Notes under the pieces: generated by a model | The model's input: only the letters and a program-made list of their open reading frames with translations | What the model was told of the DNA's origin: nothing | Databases searched by the model: none | Position numbers and translations under genes: made by a program | In this document: in pieces, positions 1 to 10,900 of the stretch | Layout: each line of letters opens with the position of its first letter | Numbering within the stretch: the stretch's first letter is position 1 | Source: a virus | IMG/VR virus record: IMGVR_UViG_3300045988_007161 | Span: 29,437 to 93,436 of that record | DNA: 64,000 nucleotides | Direction: 5' to 3' (one strand)

Positions 1-144
1 GCAAGTAATCTCCATGCAGAAATGGAGTCAGAGATTGCAAAGAAGGAATCTCAAATTGCTGCATTGCAGGAAGACATCAAAACTATTGGTGTTACTAAGC
101 AAGAGGCTGAAACATTTATGTCTAATATAGAAAAGCTTATTTGA
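1..144 (+). CDS. 3' end of an ORF starting upstream of the window (coiled-coil-like C-terminus ...EAETFMSNIEKLI), function unknown
   Basis: Frame 1 is open from the window edge to TGA at 142-144. Confidence 0.3.
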   Translation, partial: ASNLHAEMESEIAKKESQIAALQEDIKTIGVTKQEAETFMSNIEKLI

Positions 145-145
145 T

Positions 146-522
146 ATGATTGAGCAAATAAATCAGTTAAAGCAAGGTTCCATTATTAGTGAGAGTTCTC
201 ACTATATTGTGAACAGAGTATCAGGCTCTAATGCTTGGCTTACTCATTTTGAAAGTGGTGAAGAGGTTCAGATAAGAAAGGTGTTGCAAATGCAGCAAAG
301 AATCTTATTACTGAGTTGGTTAATAACCCTGTACTTCCTTATGAGGAAGGTGAAGATAGAGTTCTTAGAGGCTATAAGATTCAATTTGAATCAAGAGATG
401 GCAGATATGATTGTGTAGATATGGATATTACTAAGACTGATAAAGAGTCAGGTATTAGACCAGTCAATATCAACACTATCAAGTGGCTTATATTCAATGG
501 TGTCAAGTACATTGTTGAGTAA
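146..522 (+). CDS. hypothetical protein with one reading-frame break (146-~279, then -1 frame to 522)
   Basis: ORFs 146..418 and 316..522 overlap. Protein-like sequence changes frame at aga-aag-g (275-281) and the tail of the first ORF is junk-like. One extra A in the A3 run would give ...EEVQIRK-GVANAAKNLITELVNNP... Confidence 0.45.
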
Positions 523-528
523 TCTTAT

Positions 529-569
529 AAGGAGGAGTAAGTTAATCACTTATTCCTCCTTAACTTTTT
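529..569 (+). terminator. rho-independent terminator
   Basis: 14-bp stem aaggaggagtaagt/acttattcctcctt (1 mismatch), 5-nt loop, then aacttttt. Confidence 0.7.
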
Positions 570-580
570 CCCATAATACC

Positions 581-613
581 TTGTGTATTACAATTAAATT
601 CCTTACCTTTGCA
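581..613 (+). promoter_or_regulatory. Bacteroidota-type promoter (TTG-N20-TACCTTTGCA) upstream of the vRNAP gene
   Basis: TTG at 581-583 and TACCTTTGCA at 604-613. Same motif and same 20-nt spacing as eight minus-strand copies. Confidence 0.6.
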
Positions 614-633
614 CAAATAATACTTTTAATTAT

Positions 634-3600
634 ATGAGTTGTTTAATTATAACACCAGAAATTAGAGAATTAGCTAAGAAGTTTCCTAATGAAACAGAGC
701 AATCAATACTTAACTTGGTTGGATTGTGGCAGGAAAAGAATAATAAGTCTATTGAGGATATTCCATTAGGTAGTGAACTCAATGATTTTATTAAGGAGCT
801 GAGAAGTAGTGAGGCTACTGAACAGCTTGATGAGGCACTTAGCAGTTCTTTTAATACTCCAAGGATTACTTCTGTTGAGGAGCAGCAGAAGGTGGACCTA
901 CTCTTTGACCCAAGAACAAGAAGAGATAGAGTGACACTTATTGCAAGACTCTTCAGTAATGAAGTTGATAATGACTTGCAGGAAATGACTGATTCTTTGA
1001 AGAGAAGAATTGATGATGCCAGTGGTGTGGAGAAGGAAGAATTACAGGCTGAGCTTAATAGCTTGGATAGATTCTCTGTTATAAAGAAATACACTCCTGC
1101 TGGTATATTCAAGAGAGTAGCTAACATCTTCAATTCTTATGTACAAGATACAGAAGAGGGCAGAATACAGCAAGAACTTAATGCAATCAATTCTAGGAAA
1201 GGTGCAGATAAGTTCTCTGATGAGCAGAAATTAGAATCTGCCAAGAAGAAAGCTGCTTATAAGAATCAGGAGTATAAGAAGATAGTTGATGACCCTTATG
1301 TCTATAAGGCTCTTGCTGAGGAAGCAAGTACTTTACTTGTAATGACTGAGGGTATTAGGATAGACCCCAACTACATTGCACCTGCTGATGCAAACCTCAA
1401 TGATGATGACCCTGATGGTAACAGTGAGGTAGATAATGAAGCAGAGGACTGGAGACAAGAAGAGGCTTATAAGGATGGATGGATGACTAATTTCAGACAG
1501 GTAAGTTCACATGAGTCTCTATCACAGGCTGTGAGAAAAGTAATCAGGAAAGTACCTAAACTTGACTATAGAGGCAAGTATGAAAAGGATGATTTAGGTT
1601 TCACAAGATACCTTGATGCTGACTATGTTCATGCTACTTTCATTGACAAGTTAAGGAACATGATTAATTCTGATGATATGCTTCCTTTGATGCAGGATTT
1701 GCAAAGAATCAAGCCTTGGGTTAAGCAAGTAACCAAGTTACTTCAAGGTAATGAGACTTTGTTCTCTCAGTTCTATCAAGACTTCAGAAAGGATTTCATG
1801 CCTTACTGGATTCAAAAGAAGAAGATGATGACTGATGGTACTTTCAAGATGGAAACTATTGCCATCAACAAGCCTGAAGGTGTGTACTATCTGCTTGATG
1901 CTTGGAGAGATAACTATGAGAAGGGAGTACAGCTTGATGATGATAGTGTATATGAGAAGAATGGGGAAATAAACAAGGATAATGCAGCTAAAGGTTTACA
2001 ATGGACTGAGACATTGAACAATATGTTCCAGAACCTTGATACAGAATCCAGACTTCAACTCTTGGAGAGAGGAGATGTATGGAGTACCATAATGAAGTTG
2101 CTTCATATGTTAGGTATTGATGCCAATCCTTCTGTATTAAAGACTGCATTAACTGATATAAAGACAGCTCCAGGTATCACATTTACTGACCCAATTATGC
2201 TTCTTTTACCACAATTGAATGTCATATTCAGTGGTATTAAGAAAGGTGAAGTCAAGTCTGAGACAAGGGAGGATGGTACTGAGAAGAGAGGAGACCTTAT
2301 CAATACTTTTGGCTCTGCTTACAATATGATTGCAAGTATGATGGCAGAAGTAACTGAGGATGCTATTGAAAGTAGTGTCAGAGAAAATGATAAGTCTTAC
2401 TATTCTCATGTTACTCCTAACTACTTAGGTAAACTTATTAAAAATCTCAAGAATGTTATGAATGACAAGGAGAGATTTGAGCAGTTTATGCAGACTGAGT
2501 TCAAGGATTATGAGTGGTTCTTTAAGGATGGTCATTGGAGAAATGACTGGCTAAGGCAACTTGCAGAGTCTGATGAATTAAGAAAAGGTCTTAACCATAA
2601 AGCAGTGTTGAACTCTGATAAGGTAGACTATACTAATTGGGATGATTTGGATTATACTTTGGCTCTTCTTACAGAATATTGGGGAGACCCTGATTCTGCA
2701 AAGTCAAGTATAAAGTATGCTTGGTATCATGTTCCTATTCTTTCAGATAGCCCTTCTGCTGAGTTTATCAGATTCAGAAAGTACACAACAGGTGATGTAC
2801 TTGATGAAAATGGTAAGAAGAGAACCTATGATGATGTTATCCTTGACAAGTTAGTAGACTTGGTTAATCAAGAGTATGACAGAATCATGCTGGTTAGGGA
2901 AAGAGATGAGGCTTATCAGAGTGGAGATAAGAGTGTAGAACCTATTGCCAACTATGATATTGTCAGAAAGAAAGATGGAAGTATAAAGAGTATGGGAGGT
3001 GCAGAATTTAAGTTCCTTCCTGCACTTAACAGCCTAAGATATGACAATGGAGAGACATTCATTGATAGGTTAAGCAGACTTAAATCCAAAGGTACTGGTG
3101 CTGAACTTAGGAACTTCCTAAGAACTACTCTTAATGACATGATGGAAGATGGTTTTGAACAGACCTATAGAGATTGGATGAGGGCAGGACTTTTGGATGA
3201 GCTTCCTAATGGTAAGTACAAGTATCTTCCTTTTGAAGGTCAGTCCAAGCAGAATGCAATAACTGCAAAGGCACTTATCAAGGCTAAAGATGCCTTAGGT
3301 TCATTGTGGAATACCAATATGGAACTGATGCTTAGAGCCTATAACAATAATAGTGCTTTTGATAGTAGGGAAGCCAGTAGTCTGATGGAGCAAATCAAGG
3401 CATTACTCACAGATAAGGCAACAAGAGGTGAGATGGAGTTGAAAGATGCTCAGTCAATCTCAAGAAGCCTGTTTGTTAAGAACAATGCTAAGGATGCACT
3501 TAGGGAATACTATTGGAACAGTAAGTTAGCTACTTCACAAATTATCCAGCTTACTACTACTGACCTTGCCTTCTATAAGAACCTTGAGGACTTTCAGAAG

Positions 3601-6600
3601 AGATATAAGGAGGTTCATGCTCCTGCCCTCAGACTGAATACTAAGGCTACTTATAAAGGTGAGAGAATTGGTAGGGATTGGGAAAGAACCATCTACTTGA
3701 AGGATGATGAGATAGTATCTTCTGTACTTGAGGACATCAAGACTGTACTTGATGAAAGGGTTAGAAGAAATGAAATGACCAAGATAGACAGAGATAATAT
3801 TATCAGCAAGTTTAGAAATGTGAATGTAGCAGATGCTCAGGCATATAGAAGTTTGAGTTCCTATAGGGCAATACTTGGTATGTCAGGTCAGTGGACAGAT
3901 GATATGGAGCAAGCATATAACAACTTCAAGAATGGAGATTGGAATATTAAAGACTTCAATATCATTTGGCAGACTAAGAAGCCTTATGTTTATACACAAG
4001 TCAATAATAACAGTGGCATTGAAGGTCATACTGGAATTAAGACTCCTGTACAACATAAGAACTCAGAGTTCCTATTACTTGCTATGTACGAACTAATTGC
4101 TGGTCCTTTAGGAAGGTCAGGCAAGCTGAAAGCCATAAATAAGTTTATGGAGGATAATCAGATTGATGTAGTTCAGTTTGAATCTACTACTAAGGTTGGA
4201 AAACAAGGTGTAATAGATTTGAATGATGTTAATACAGAGGCTGATGTAATCCAAAGACTTAAAGATACTACAGGTATTGGATTTGGTAATGAGAATCCTA
4301 ATGTGGTACATAAGGTATCCTATGAAGATTATGGTATTCAGACTGCAACCCCTGAACATGCTATTGATGCAGTTCAGTTGGTAGGTACTCAGATTAGAAA
4401 GCTAATTACTGCTGACATCTCTGATGACACAATCATTGAAGTTAATGGTAAAAAGATGACTAAGAAGGAGTGGCTTGACCTATATAATGCCATCAATACT
4501 GAGAATATTCTTCAAGCATTTGCTGATGTAGATAAAATATTCAAAGACCCAAAGAAGGTAGAAGAAATCTTACTTGAAGAGATAAGAGGTAATCAAAGAT
4601 ATGGTATGGATATGATGAGGGCTTGTACTCTTGATGAGAACAATAACTTCAATATACCTCTCTTTGACCCTGTGCAATCTCAAAGAGTACAGACACTTCT
4701 TAATAGTGTAATCAAGAGTAGAATCACTAAACAGAAGATTAGAGGAGGAGCTTTAATTCAGGTATCTGATTATGGCTTGACTGATGAACTTCATGTAGTA
4801 TTCAAGGATAAAAATGGCAATCTGATGTCTTGGGAGTCATATTCCAAGAAGAATAAAAATGCTACAAGAGAAAATTATGAAGAGTATATAAAGAAAGCAA
4901 GGGAAGAAGGTAGTTTAGCTATAGCATATTTAGAGTGTTATATGCCTGCATATAGTAGAGAGTTCTATGAGCCTCTAATGGACCCAAATACTCACCAGCT
5001 TGATGTAACTAAACTTCCTGAGGATTTGAGAAAGTTGATTGGATATAGAGTCCCAACAGAGGATAAGTACTCAATGGCTCCTCTGTATATTAAGGGATTC
5101 CTTCCTCAACAGAATGGTTCTGCAATCATGCTTCCTGCTGAGATTACTACTCTATCAGGTTCTGACTTTGATGTGGATAAGATGTATATCATGTTACCTG
5201 AGTTCAGAGTCAAGAAGTTTGATATGAGACAGGCAAGAGAAGACTATGCAAGAATGAATAGCTTATTCAATCAAGTATTGTCACAATTCACTCATAGCCA
5301 GTTGGCAGAAGATATTCTCAATGCAGATACTGATGACTTTAAGGAATGGTTCAAGGAGAATAAGGAGAAGTACAGACTTGCCAAGCCTATTATAAGTAAG
5401 GTAAAGTATGACTTCAATAAGTCTCCACAGGAGAATAGTCTTGAGGCAAGAAATAACTTGCTGATAGATATGATGTATGGAGTCTTGACTAATGCAGATA
5501 CAGCTTCAAAGATTCTTAACCCGGGTGGTTTTGATTATCAGAAGAAGTCTGCAAGAATAATGACTATTCTCAATGATTCTTATGAGGGTGACTTGGCTCA
5601 AGCATTAAAGGATATGGGTATAGAACTTAATAAGACTGTACAGAAAGGTGGAAAGTCTTATCCTAAGTCTATTGCTTCATACCTATTTGACTTAGACCTT
5701 GACACTCTTGATAAGTTGGCAGAGAAAACAAAGGTCAAGATGGACCCATTATCACCAAGAACTCAGGTGATGCTACATCAACAAAACATGACTGGTGCTA
5801 AGTTGATTAGTATTTATGCCAATCATAATGCAAACCATGCTTTGATGCAACATACTCAGTTAGCTTTGGATGAAGAAAATGGCTCATTTGTATTGAATGG
5901 AAAGAGACTTACATCTTTACATGATATTATGAATGGTGACAAGGAATTTATCTCAAAGAATAATGCTGGATTCTTGGCTGCTTCTGTGGATAATGTTAAA
6001 GACCCTGTGCTTGCAGCACTTAATCAGAATACTTTCACTGCTGATGCTTCTATGCTTCTTTCAAGATTAGGTTATAATCCTATTGAGATAGGTCTGCTAA
6101 TGATGCAGCCTATAGTTCAAGAGATTACTCAGACCTATTTTAGAGAGAGTAGAGAAGGTAAAGGTAAAGATACTATCATTGATGAAGTACTGGATAAGTA
6201 TAAGGAGAAGGCTGCTCTTAATAATGACTTGACTTATGATAACTACAAGAATAATAGCTTCTACATTGAAGAGCTTGCAGATAACATAATGCTTGCTAAG
6301 GAAGCTGTTACTGACAGGTCTCAGACTTCTGATTTCAGAAAGATTGAGTTCTATCAGAAACAAGTTGCAGTTGGATATTTGTTCAAGAGAATTATGAACT
6401 CTGCTGATGCTTTGGGACAGTTAGTACAGGCTACAAGGTCTGATACCCAAGGAGGTGCTGCTGGTCCTACTATTGCAGATACAGAGTTGAAGATGCAGAA
6501 AGTGAAAGACCTGTTAGACCAAATAGAGAATAATGACAAGTTCCCATTGAAGAATGCCAATGTAATACTTGATGGTCTGTTATCAGACAATCCTGACACT

Positions 6601-7965
6601 GACACTCTAAGAGAAAGACTATTGTCAGCTCCTCTTCCTTTCTTACAGGCTTTCTATACTCTTGGCTTGCAGAAGACAGAAGAAATGTTAGGGTCTTATT
6701 TCCCTCAATATACTGAATCATTCAGGACTGTAATTGATGACCTTAGAGACATGACTAAGACTGGTAAGTTGAATGTAAAGACTATGAATAGTATTTATAA
6801 TGACTTGCTTGCCTATATCATGTCAAAGAATGGATTCTTTGGTTCTGAATTGATTGTAAACCCTGACTCAGAAGTAGGTGATATTATTGTAACTTCCTCT
6901 GATAAGAGAAAGGATTTCATCAATAACTTCCCTGAATACTTCAAGAGAGTGGTTGCAGATAATGAGGATATAGCTGACCTTGAATTTATTAAGAGACTCA
7001 AGGTAATCAGGGCAAATGACAGTAATCCTGTAGACCCAGTAGTGTTTAAGAATGTAGGTCAGTTAAGTCCTACTTTGAGAGAAAGATATATGAGGGATTG
7101 GGCATCTCTATTATATATGAATAACCCAGAAGCTCAGAAACTTGCTCTTAATCTATTCAGATATAGCTATTATAGAAATGGCTTTGCATTTGGACCTTCA
7201 ACCTTCATCCATTTGGCACCTGTGGCAGTGAGAAATGCTATCCCAGAGTACATAAGTACATTGAGAACTCTCTTGTCATCAAGTGATGATTATAGTCAAT
7301 TTGTAGACCAATATGTCTATAACCACTTGGATAACAGAAAGTTGGTTCCTGAAATCCCTGATACAGCCTCTGTCCAGTTCATAGGAGAGGATAATGAAGT
7401 TAAGGATGAAGTTACATTTGTGATTGATGATAATGCTACCTTTGGAGATAAGAAAGTTATCAAGAAAAGGATAGATACTCCTGATGGTCCTGCTTATGAC
7501 TTCTTTAGGTATATAGGTAAGAGAATTAGAGGAAACTATGTCTATTACAAACTAACTTCATTAGGTACTGAACAAACTAATGTTGCAACCTATGAAAGGA
7601 TTGAACCATTAGGTTTCAGAAACAGCTTTATTGAATATGAATATGGCAAGGATGTGGAAGAGATGGAAACTGTAATTGATAAGAACAGGAAAGATTATGA
7701 CCCTTATGCAGATACATTGTCAAGATTTGACCTTGGAGATGCTGAGGTTGATTATGACTCTATGCCTGATTATCAAGATATGCCTCAAGAGTATTGGGAT
7801 TCTATTCCAGAAGTAGATACTGATGCTTTCCAACAGGTATATGGTACTCCTCTTGATACTTCAGCTCCTAAGGCTGATGATGTAACAGCTATTCAGCCTA
7901 ATACAGAGTATAAGGATGAGAATGGTGATAGTATTTGTGGTGCTCCAACATTATATAGTTTATAA
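634..7965 (+). CDS. virion-packaged DNA-dependent RNA polymerase (crAss-like vRNAP, 2443 aa)
   Basis: Giant uninterrupted ORF with ...LSGSDFDVDKMYIMLPEF... (DFDVD at 5164-5178). This matches the DxDxD catalytic loop of crAss-like single-chain double-psi-beta-barrel RNAPs. Confidence 0.8.
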   Translation: MSCLIITPEIRELAKKFPNETEQSILNLVGLWQEKNNKSIEDIPLGSELNDFIKELRSSEATEQLDEALSSSFNTPRITSVEEQQKVDLLFDPRTRRDRVTLIARLFSNEVDNDLQEMTDSLKRRIDDASGVEKEELQAELNSLDRFSVIKKYTPAGIFKRVANIFNSYVQDTEEGRIQQELNAINSRKGADKFSDEQKLESAKKKAAYKNQEYKKIVDDPYVYKALAEEASTLLVMTEGIRIDPNYIAPADANLNDDDPDGNSEVDNEAEDWRQEEAYKDGWMTNFRQVSSHESLSQAVRKVIRKVPKLDYRGKYEKDDLGFTRYLDADYVHATFIDKLRNMINSDDMLPLMQDLQRIKPWVKQVTKLLQGNETLFSQFYQDFRKDFMPYWIQKKKMMTDGTFKMETIAINKPEGVYYLLDAWRDNYEKGVQLDDDSVYEKNGEINKDNAAKGLQWTETLNNMFQNLDTESRLQLLERGDVWSTIMKLLHMLGIDANPSVLKTALTDIKTAPGITFTDPIMLLLPQLNVIFSGIKKGEVKSETREDGTEKRGDLINTFGSAYNMIASMMAEVTEDAIESSVRENDKSYYSHVTPNYLGKLIKNLKNVMNDKERFEQFMQTEFKDYEWFFKDGHWRNDWLRQLAESDELRKGLNHKAVLNSDKVDYTNWDDLDYTLALLTEYWGDPDSAKSSIKYAWYHVPILSDSPSAEFIRFRKYTTGDVLDENGKKRTYDDVILDKLVDLVNQEYDRIMLVRERDEAYQSGDKSVEPIANYDIVRKKDGSIKSMGGAEFKFLPALNSLRYDNGETFIDRLSRLKSKGTGAELRNFLRTTLNDMMEDGFEQTYRDWMRAGLLDELPNGKYKYLPFEGQSKQNAITAKALIKAKDALGSLWNTNMELMLRAYNNNSAFDSREASSLMEQIKALLTDKATRGEMELKDAQSISRSLFVKNNAKDALREYYWNSKLATSQIIQLTTTDLAFYKNLEDFQKRYKEVHAPALRLNTKATYKGERIGRDWERTIYLKDDEIVSSVLEDIKTVLDERVRRNEMTKIDRDNIISKFRNVNVADAQAYRSLSSYRAILGMSGQWTDDMEQAYNNFKNGDWNIKDFNIIWQTKKPYVYTQVNNNSGIEGHTGIKTPVQHKNSEFLLLAMYELIAGPLGRSGKLKAINKFMEDNQIDVVQFESTTKVGKQGVIDLNDVNTEADVIQRLKDTTGIGFGNENPNVVHKVSYEDYGIQTATPEHAIDAVQLVGTQIRKLITADISDDTIIEVNGKKMTKKEWLDLYNAINTENILQAFADVDKIFKDPKKVEEILLEEIRGNQRYGMDMMRACTLDENNNFNIPLFDPVQSQRVQTLLNSVIKSRITKQKIRGGALIQVSDYGLTDELHVVFKDKNGNLMSWESYSKKNKNATRENYEEYIKKAREEGSLAIAYLECYMPAYSREFYEPLMDPNTHQLDVTKLPEDLRKLIGYRVPTEDKYSMAPLYIKGFLPQQNGSAIMLPAEITTLSGSDFDVDKMYIMLPEFRVKKFDMRQAREDYARMNSLFNQVLSQFTHSQLAEDILNADTDDFKEWFKENKEKYRLAKPIISKVKYDFNKSPQENSLEARNNLLIDMMYGVLTNADTASKILNPGGFDYQKKSARIMTILNDSYEGDLAQALKDMGIELNKTVQKGGKSYPKSIASYLFDLDLDTLDKLAEKTKVKMDPLSPRTQVMLHQQNMTGAKLISIYANHNANHALMQHTQLALDEENGSFVLNGKRLTSLHDIMNGDKEFISKNNAGFLAASVDNVKDPVLAALNQNTFTADASMLLSRLGYNPIEIGLLMMQPIVQEITQTYFRESREGKGKDTIIDEVLDKYKEKAALNNDLTYDNYKNNSFYIEELADNIMLAKEAVTDRSQTSDFRKIEFYQKQVAVGYLFKRIMNSADALGQLVQATRSDTQGGAAGPTIADTELKMQKVKDLLDQIENNDKFPLKNANVILDGLLSDNPDTDTLRERLLSAPLPFLQAFYTLGLQKTEEMLGSYFPQYTESFRTVIDDLRDMTKTGKLNVKTMNSIYNDLLAYIMSKNGFFGSELIVNPDSEVGDIIVTSSDKRKDFINNFPEYFKRVVADNEDIADLEFIKRLKVIRANDSNPVDPVVFKNVGQLSPTLRERYMRDWASLLYMNNPEAQKLALNLFRYSYYRNGFAFGPSTFIHLAPVAVRNAIPEYISTLRTLLSSSDDYSQFVDQYVYNHLDNRKLVPEIPDTASVQFIGEDNEVKDEVTFVIDDNATFGDKKVIKKRIDTPDGPAYDFFRYIGKRIRGNYVYYKLTSLGTEQTNVATYERIEPLGFRNSFIEYEYGKDVEEMETVIDKNRKDYDPYADTLSRFDLGDAEVDYDSMPDYQDMPQEYWDSIPEVDTDAFQQVYGTPLDTSAPKADDVTAIQPNTEYKDENGDSICGAPTLYSL

Positions 7966-7968
7966 GAT

Positions 7969-10900
7969 ATGGCAAGAAGTTGTGCAATTATTCCAAAGGT
8001 AAAGAATAGAAATGGTCAAGTAGTGGACAGCAAGTTATTTAAGGACTTGCTGTCCTTCACTTCAAACAATAGAAGTGAGGCTACAAGATTATATCTTATC
8101 ACAAAAGCTGACTCTTTTATAAGAGATTGGAATCCAAGGCTAACATTAGATGAAAACAATGAACCTACATTGAGGAGTTTGCTAAAGCAGACTAATCTCA
8201 GTAAAGTCATTCCAGAAACTAAGGTACTTGAGAGACTTAATAGGGAGATTGGGTACTATAAGAAAGGAATGGATAGACCAGCTCTATGGGTAAACAATGA
8301 TGAGAATTATCAGAAGTTGAAACAAAGAGCCATAGCCTTTAATCAGAACTCAGAATATAGAGATGATTATGTGGCTAACATAATTAAGATTCAAGACAGT
8401 GAATCTCCAAGAGTATTCATTGGAGTAAAGGTTGAGAAAAGGAATAGACTCAACTCTATTAATGCAGATAAGATGGAATACAATGAAAACCTTAATAACA
8501 GATTAAGGGGTATTCTTGAATCTCATGGAATAGGGATAGGTGCTTTAACTGACCTTGAAAAGAGAATGGGTATTCATGGTGTAACTGACTTTGATGTTGC
8601 AAGGAATGCAGCAAATGGTCTTGTTGAAATGATTAGGCTTGCTAATGGTATTCAAGGTGAAAGAGCACTTCCAGAGGAATTTGCACACTTTGCCATTGAA
8701 GCTATGGGAGATAATCCACTTATCACAAGACTCATCAATAACATATCTTCCAATGGACTGGCAAGAGAGATTATAGGTGAGGACTATGATACTTATGATA
8801 CTTTATATCATAGTGATGAGACTAAATTGGCAAAAGAAGCTGCGGGTAAACTGCTTGCAAAACATCTTCTTCAAGGTGAGAATATTCCATCTGCTCCTTA
8901 TAAGAATCTTCTGCAAAGAGTGATTCAAGCAGTTAAAGGGTTCTTTAAGAATATTAGTGCAAGTTCTATACAAAGAGCTATGAAAGAGGCTGATAAGAAC
9001 TTTGGTTCTTTAGCCCAGCAGATACTTAATGGCAGTATGGATGAGGCTATTGATGTTAGTAATATAGCATCAAGTGGGGTATTCTACAATACTTCAGAAA
9101 GAGTGGCAAGAGACAAGAAGTTACTTCAAGGAATCATTGAAAATGAGTTGAAGAGATTGAAGATTTATGAAAAGAGAAATCCTAATAGCCAGTTTAGTGC
9201 TAATCAAAGGTTACTCATTGATAGATTGGATATTGAATTAGCTGATAACAATGAGATTGAGGGTATTTATACTTTTGTAGAGAATGCTCTTGAGGAATTG
9301 ACTAAGGTAAATGACAGGCTCACAATGCTGCAAAATACACCTGCTACTAATGTTAATGAGAGAGCCAGAGTGCTAAGGGATGTCAGAAACTACTTGTATA
9401 GCTACAAGCATATTACTGATGGCATTAGAAAGGCTCTTATTGATGAAGAGAAGTATGCAGATAATAGATATGGTCAAAGGGTAAGGGTTGTATTAGACAA
9501 CACAACTACATTACTTGGAGACTTATTTGTTAGATACAATGAAGTATCAATGCCTCTCTTTGTTGATTTTATTAAGCCTTTTGTAGGGGAGAGTATAACT
9601 GTTCCTTTTGGCAAGTTCAAGGGCAAGACTATGAGTGCTGAGGACTTAGTTAAGATAGCTGACAAAGACATATCTTTCTTTGACAGATGGCTTGATTCTA
9701 TGGCAGACTCTTCAGATTATATGCTGAAAGTTATGGACCAAGCTATCAAGAAGAGTAAAGAAAATGCAAGGTTGGAGACCATCAATGTTATGAAGGAGCT
9801 TCAAGCTGCTACAATTAAGTTAGAACAAGCTGGAGTTAAGAACACTGATTGGATGTTTGAAAGAGACAGTAAGGATAATCTTACAGGTAATTATATCTCT
9901 GAGATTAACCAAGGTCTATTCAAGGAGAAAGTCAGGGAAATGTTCAAGTCTCTCAATGAGAAGTATGGTAAGAATCCTGTAGGAGATAATGCAGAGAAGT
10001 ACAGAAAGGAGAGACAAGCTTGGTTTGATGCTAATATGGAGGTAGTCAATGGAAAGAAGCAACCTAAGGTATCAATCTATGGCAATAAGGCTTATCAGAA
10101 CTTGAATCCTGCCCAGAAAGAATACTACAACAAGATTATGGAGATAAAAGCTAAGCTGGATTCATACCTTCCTGACAAGTACACTACCTTAACTAATGCA
10201 GTTAAAATCAGAAAGGACCTACTTGAAAGAGTAAAGGCATCTGATGGTGTAAAGTCAGGTAGTACACAAGTATGGGAAGCTGTTAAAGACCAATTCATTA
10301 GAAGAACAGATGACACTGAGTTTGGAGATAGGGCTACAGTAAAGGACTTTGAAGGTAAAGAGGTGCAAGTACTTCCTATCTACTATACTAAGATGAAAGA
10401 GGGTGAAAGTCCTAATGACCTATCTACTGATATAGTATCTACTCTCACAGCTTATGCAGCTATGGCTAATGACTTCAATGAAATGAATAAAGTAATTGAT
10501 GTTCTTGAGCTTGGTAGGGATATGCTAAAGGAGAGGGAGATTATACAGACAAGAGGTGGTAAACCACTGGTTGAGAAGTTCAAGTCTGTAGGTAGGAAAG
10601 TAGAATCTACTCTCACTAAGTCTGGTGATGAAACAAGATTTATGCAAAGACTGAATGACTTCTTTGAAATGCAAGTCTATGGTAGGTATATGGCTGATGA
10701 AGGCACATTTGGTAATACTAAGATTGATAAAGGAAAGGTGGCTAACTTTGTTAATAGGATGACTTCTCTTAATACATTAGCTGTCAATGTACTATCAGGT
10801 ATTTCCAATGTGGCTACTGGTGGAGTTATGATGAGGATTGAATCTTTCTCTGGGGAGTTCTTTAATGAATCTAATACTCTAAGGGCTGATAGAAACTATG

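Noticed and set aside
630-7001. Antisense and alternative-frame ORFs inside the vRNAP gene (for example 630..1133, 2103..2409, 6097..6721) and similar ones inside every giant gene (8016..10316, 12923..18600, 20086..21753, 23202..24059, 24994..27677 and others)
   Set aside because: They are short, low-complexity (Ser/Leu/Ile-rich) shadows of long, protein-like ORFs on the opposite strand or in another frame. They have no independent start or promoter context.
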